NCBI GenBank assembly: GCA_013239625.1
Contig: MU053629.1
Location: 4,863,567 to 4,927,566, forward strand
Length of the DNA: 64,000 nucleotides
Reading direction: 5' to 3'
Source of the DNA: Lama guanicoe
Taxonomy: Eukaryota
The translations under genes and the position numbers were made by a program. The notes under the pieces are model-generated. The model was not told the DNA's origin and searched no databases. It saw only the letters and a list, made by a program, of their open reading frames with translations. Positions 62,865 through 64,000 of the stretch are shown here, in pieces (the first letter of the stretch is position 1; each line of letters opens with the position of its first letter).

Positions 62865-64000
62865 CACTTCTAAACAAACTTCCCACCTCCAGGACTAGTA
62901 CATGGCCTCCACTCCACCCACTCCCCCAATTTTCATAACTCCATTCTTGTATATCTAATTATCCAGCCCAAGGAAAATCCTAGAGCCCTGTAACCCGAGT
63001 CTTCAATTCCACTGATTTATTTATTTATTTATTTATTCCTGTAACATCCAACAGTAGTTGACAGAATAACTACTGTGCGCTAGATGCCGGGATACAAAGA
63101 TGATGAAATAAGCATCCTTGGATCACAGAGAGTCTACCAGGACAAATAAACCAGCTATGGTAATGCATGAAGTAATGCTCAAAGACAGAAAAGCGTTACA
63201 AAGCATCAATACACAGATTCAGGAATCTTCACAACGTGCACACATCCATGTCACCAAGAACCCAAATTAAGAAACAGAACAAGATCAGCACCCCAGAAGC
63301 CCCTTTCGCTCGCCACCCTTTCCCAGGAGTCTCTAACACATTTGCAGAAGTCCTCTCTAGCTCAAAGCTGGGTCTGAAGGGGTTGAAACAGGACAGACAG
63401 CAATGGTACTTGCAAGAGATGGTGAGGCGTGACGAAGCGGGTGGTGATGGTGGAAAGGAGGGGAAGGGTCAGATGTGAAGAGTTGTGGAAATCATACAAT
63501 TGACAATATCCTCTGCAGGAATTCACAATATGCATTTACTGTGAGGCAACTGTGATCTGACCCTGAGAATTTCCAATGACTTTCCTTATAATTTAAAAGT
63601 ACCCAAGTCCTGATTAAGAATAAGCGAATGCCTCCGCCCTCAAAGTTGCATCTCAATGCACAGTGGCTTTTAAAGGAAGGGAGTGCTTTGGTCCACTTCC
63701 TGGATTGTTTAAAAACAACAACAAAAATCAAATTAGACCTTGTAATAAGAGACTGTAGGTACTTCCTGAGTGTCTTCAGCCTGGAAGAGTCTTTTTGCAG
63801 GTTGGAACTGCTCACTGAGGCACACTGGCAGAGCCATGTGGCACCGACTCAAGCTGCTTAATTTTACAAACACCCACACAGAATTATAGGTGAAAAAAAA
63901 ATTTAAGCAATAAAAAAAACCCCACAGATAATTGCTATACATGTTTCTGCAGTCTTGGCACGGTAATAACTTGCCTGTAAACACCTTCCTTGAAGAATTG

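Noticed and set aside
1..64000. Prokaryote-type systems (CRISPR arrays, operons, defence islands) or an intact endogenous viral ORF
   Set aside because: Sequence is mammalian repeat-rich DNA with no repeat-spacer array and no long intact ORF

Overview
Mammalian, repeat-rich, non-coding DNA, very probably from a camelid (camel/alpaca/llama lineage). It carries nine copies of a tRNA-Ala(AGC)-derived SINE matching the camelid vic-1 type and many short young L1 3' ends. I recognise no protein-coding gene: the ORF track is explained by repeats, microsatellites and chance. Recognisable content is layered transposable elements (L1, L2, CR1/L3, MIR, MaLR/ERVL/ERV1 LTRs, a truncated ERVL provirus with protease remnant, two hAT Charlie1a copies, MER2, MER97, MER102, a Tc2/Kanga element), a long TTC tract and a 132-N assembly gap. 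The most interesting items are: a full-length U6 snRNA fused to an L1 3' end inside one TSD pair (826-1038); a tailless L1 5'UTR-only insertion between perfect 18-bp TSDs whose polarity appears opposite to the insert (28702-29184); an orphan GC-box + RFX X-box promoter-like site (~30940); a candidate minus-strand terminal exon (45671-45921); and several apparent 3' transductions and templated-repair scars. I find no convincing new biological system. Repeat family names come from recalled consensus similarity and need RepeatMasker/Dfam confirmation; boundaries without TSDs are approximate.
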